From: Ignavibacteria bacterium
GTDB taxonomy: Bacteria > Bacteroidota > Ignavibacteria > UBA10030 > UBA6906
DNA length: 64,000 bases
NCBI GenBank assembly: GCA_040290295.1
Contig: PSMW01000007.1
Location: 11,283 to 75,282 of the forward strand
Direction: 5' to 3'
In this document: positions 63,834 through 64,000 of the stretch, piece after piece
Layout: each line of letters begins with the position of its first letter
Numbering within the stretch: the first letter of the stretch is position 1
Notes under the pieces: model-generated
The model's input: only the letters and a program-made list of their open reading frames with translations
The model's database searches: none
Told to the model about the DNA's origin: nothing
Translations under genes and position numbers: made by a program

Positions 63834-64000
63834 CGAGATTCGCGCCGAGAATCTCTTCGATGGTACCTCGATGAAATGTCTGATCGGGGGGTGACGCAAT
63901 CGTCGCGCGACTGATGTTGCCGAGCTTCAAGCCTGTCCATTCCGAATGGATCTTGCTTTTCACAAAATCGGTTACGGCTTTTTGGATATCCATCGGCTGA
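63834..64000 (-). CDS. 3' end of an unidentified gene upstream of purC (or a 55-aa small ORF starting at 63993); truncated by the window edge
   Basis: Minus-strand frame open to the window edge, ending …MDIQKAVTDFVKSKIHSEWTGLKLGNISRATIASPPDQTFHRGTIEEILGANLES*. No family recognised. Confidence 0.2.

Overview
Chromosomal segment of about 64 kb, high GC (roughly 58-60% by eye), dense and mostly core or housekeeping. Operons are tightly packed, often with 4-bp ATGA start/stop overlaps. No tRNA or rRNA genes, CRISPR arrays, integrases or transposases were found. Gene content suggests a Bacteroidota/Chlorobiota/Rhodothermota-like (FCB group) bacterium; this is inference from gene content only. The supporting content is: a b558-type frdC/sdhC-sdhA-sdhB cluster; a complete Bat aerotolerance operon (moxR-DUF58-membrane protein-batABCDE); a TatT-associated TRAP transporter; and a TonB receptor with an N-terminal carboxypeptidase-regulatory-like domain. 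Recognisable genes: ECF/ABC transporter remnants, queE-queC, class I fumarate hydratase, ferritin, ychF (disrupted), a TonB-dependent receptor, a GDSL lipoprotein, sdhCAB, obg, a FecCD permease, fbp, a YbgF-like TPR protein, an ATP-grasp enzyme, the Bat operon, gpx, a DksA/TraR zinc-finger protein, a divergent transcarbamylase, mdh, rpmA-rplU, a PAP2 phosphatase, rsmA, an AsmA-family protein, typA, an alpha-glucan phosphorylase, an OmpR-type two-component pair, the TatT/TRAP transporter plus an O-methyltransferase, mntR and an Nramp-UspA fusion, two M16 peptidases, and purC. Observations needing follow-up: ychF carries an in-frame TAA plus a frameshift; two further apparent frameshifted genes (a polytopic membrane protein coupled to sdhB, and an outer-membrane beta-barrel protein); a secreted Trp-rich protein with a long Arg/Glu/Asp-rich tail; a 487-aa hypothetical protein translationally coupled to obg; a transcarbamylase with substitutions in all four canonical substrate-binding motifs; a DtxR-like palindromic operator upstream of mntR; and clusters of perfect hairpins at convergent gene ends and in the typA leader. 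I did not recognise a clearly novel multi-gene system (for example a defence island). The most unexplained loci are listed as findings with what would be needed to check them.
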